Assembly (NCBI GenBank): GCA_977030845.1
Contig: OZ365116.1
Location: 16,554,001 to 16,618,000, forward strand
DNA length: 64,000 nucleotides
Source: Fimbriosthenelais zetlandica
Lineage: Eukaryota
Direction: 5' to 3'
A program made the position numbers and the translations under genes. Of the stretch, positions 61,796-64,000 are shown in pieces (within the stretch, counting starts at the first letter, position 1; every line of letters starts with the position of its first letter). Under the pieces are notes generated by a model, which saw only the letters and a list, made by a program, of their open reading frames with translations, searched no databases and was not told where the DNA came from.

Positions 61796-64000
61796 CAACA
61801 TCTGTGAGCTGGAAACACCCAGTAACATTGATTTATGAAAATGTAAAGTACAGTGATGCTTACTTCAAGGGTTAAAATGCATAGCTTGTGTGGAGAAGAT
61901 CTCTATTTATGTAAGGACAGCAGAAAGTGAAAGCGAAACGCGACTGTGTGTACTCACGACACAACCCATATTATCTTACAGAGGTGACGATGTTCACAGA
62001 TATCAGGGACTATTGATATTGGCACTTCATTACAAACAAGTCCATGTACAGGATCACAATAGAAATATACAATGGGCTTACCTTGGCCAGCTATATAGGG
62101 TTACATCTGCCTCTCCTGTAGAAGGAAAAATATATTAAAATTGATTAACTCACGTCAACACTTTGCGTTAGAAGACTATTATTGACTTGTTCTATTTGTC
62201 TTCGATAATCTTTTTGTCTATTAAATATATATTAAATATACATACGTAAAATATATAAGACAAACGTAACGAGGCATAATAAAATAGCCAATCCATATCC
62301 ACTGACTGCCAAAAATGAACACACTGCCTAATGCCACTCCCCCAGTCCCCTGGAAATCTAATTTGAGGGCAATGTGTCTGACTACATCATTGTGACATTG
62401 CTTCCTGGGAGAATCCATCCTATTCAAACACTGAAATAATTGTTACGACCTACCAGGCAAAGTCTGGGCTAAAAGCCAAATGTTGTATTCAAGGAATACT
62501 TAAGCTTGGTAGGAGAACGCTTATTGATTGCGAAAAAAGCGTGCACAATACCCGAGCCACCCTATACTGGCCTGATTTTCTTCTAAGTGAATAGGCACTG
62601 CATCTATCTGAACATTTCAAAGTCTGAAAGGACAAACTGGTTTTGCTTCTGAATGGAAGAATTGCCTTTTTATGGCTCTGGTGTCGGGCGGTCCAATCCG
62701 CATGAGGGAGCACGGTTATGTGGATTTGTGGTGCAGACATGCCCGGAGGCAAAGTTATGCCTTCCTACAATTCCTCAGCTCTATTTCTCAAGATGCCCTG
62801 TCTAGCTGAAGAATTCTTCATGCAAGAATGGGATTGTATTTTTTTTCTCTCAATAACTTACATGCCGCAGTAAAACAGTGAACTGTTTGGTATTCCATAC
62901 ATGAAAGGACAAAAAGTGAAAGGCATTTTTCCTTTTCCCACTTTAAATAAAATATACATAGGATGAAGCATGAAATATAATGTGTGAGAGTGGCGGGAGG
63001 CCATGATTCCTGCCTGGAATCCATTCCTTGATTATGGAATGTTTTAGTGAAGAATGGCGGCCTAATTAGAGATGAAGGGTTGAGAGAGATTAAAATGCAG
63101 CCATGGCTGAGCCTCCACTGAGAGAAGCTTGTATGAAATAAGGAGATAAAGGGAGAGAGGATGGAGGAGATGGGTGAGAGATGAGAGAAGAGATGGAGAT
63201 GTACTCAGGTGGCCTTTTATAATCCAATAGCAAATAGAAACATCAACAACTTATAGCATTATTTAAGATTGATACTCAGTCACTGGTAATATGCACCCTC
63301 CCTAAGGTACCTCCAACCATTGTCAAGTGTTCAATAAGACAGGGAAAAAACACCTTTGAGATTATCTTAATTTATACATATACTAGTATCCTTATTCGCT
63401 TTTCTATACAGTTATCCTTTTAGCGCCTAACAGCATCACATAACCATATATCCCAAAGCAAAAGATCATTGCCTTTGGGGCATAGAAGTAAAGCTTTTAT
63501 GTATATATGGTTTATGGACTGGCTCGTTTATCCCTCATAAATGTGCCGGCTTCCGTACCTTTTTAACATGACCTCAGAGGAACCCATGTTTTTGATGGGG
63601 AGAAGGGGAAAGTACAGGTAGAAGCGAGAGATATAGATTAACCCTAAAACCCCTCCTTTCTGCTCCACATCCTACAAGCGACTGCTCGTGCTTGTACTTA
63701 ATGCCCAAGATCCACTACACACAATTCCCTGCGACATGCGGCAAATTTTTCCCATCTAATGATTTAAATGTTATTAGTGGATGCCTTAACATTGCATTAA
63801 CTCACTGCTAGAATTAGGTAGACATCGAGGGTGGAAATCTCATTGTCATATCATGGAAAGCTACTAATTGGGGACAGACCCTTAAGATGTCTGCTGTATC
63901 GACTGAAAACCAGGCTTCCTGCTCGCTGCACATAAAATACGGTATGTGGGAGGAACCCTGACTGTACAGCAAATCTTTAATTGAGGCGCATATATAATGG

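Noticed and set aside
62490-62600. TRATLYWP, similar to the Gypsy integrase zinc-finger region
   Set aside because: The flanking His/Cys ligands and the DDE core are not recoverable, and no LTRs are visible.
1-64000. Intact tRNA, rRNA, snRNA or prokaryotic genes; the remaining 60-130-aa ORFs in the track
   Set aside because: No full cloverleaf or conserved rRNA/snRNA sequence was seen on manual reading. The short ORFs lack motifs and fit the length expected by chance in ~40% GC non-coding DNA.

Overview
Eukaryotic, apparently animal, genomic DNA of roughly 40% GC (estimated by eye). It is mostly non-coding, with no operon-like gene density, CRISPR array, rRNA or intact tRNA. The only confidently coding sequence is a young, 5'-truncated non-LTR retrotransposon of the CR1 group (L2/Crack/Daphne-like; minus strand, 38215-40505). 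It has an uninterrupted reverse-transcriptase frame, a 3'UTR hairpin and an A-rich tail, and it sits in register inside a 47-bp minisatellite. The window also holds four other tandem arrays (20, 22, ~35 and 43 bp units), a 152-bp local duplication, decayed tRNA-SINE-like heads and a probable gag-like relic. Weaker signals are promoter-like ETS/YY1 motif clusters, several AG|GT recursive-splice-site-like motifs on the plus strand and scattered candidate small exons that I could not assemble into a recognisable protein. Nearly all short ORFs in the supplied track look like chance or repeat-derived frames. No novel system is demonstrated. The best leads are the LINE-in-minisatellite junction and the possible recursive-splicing sites.
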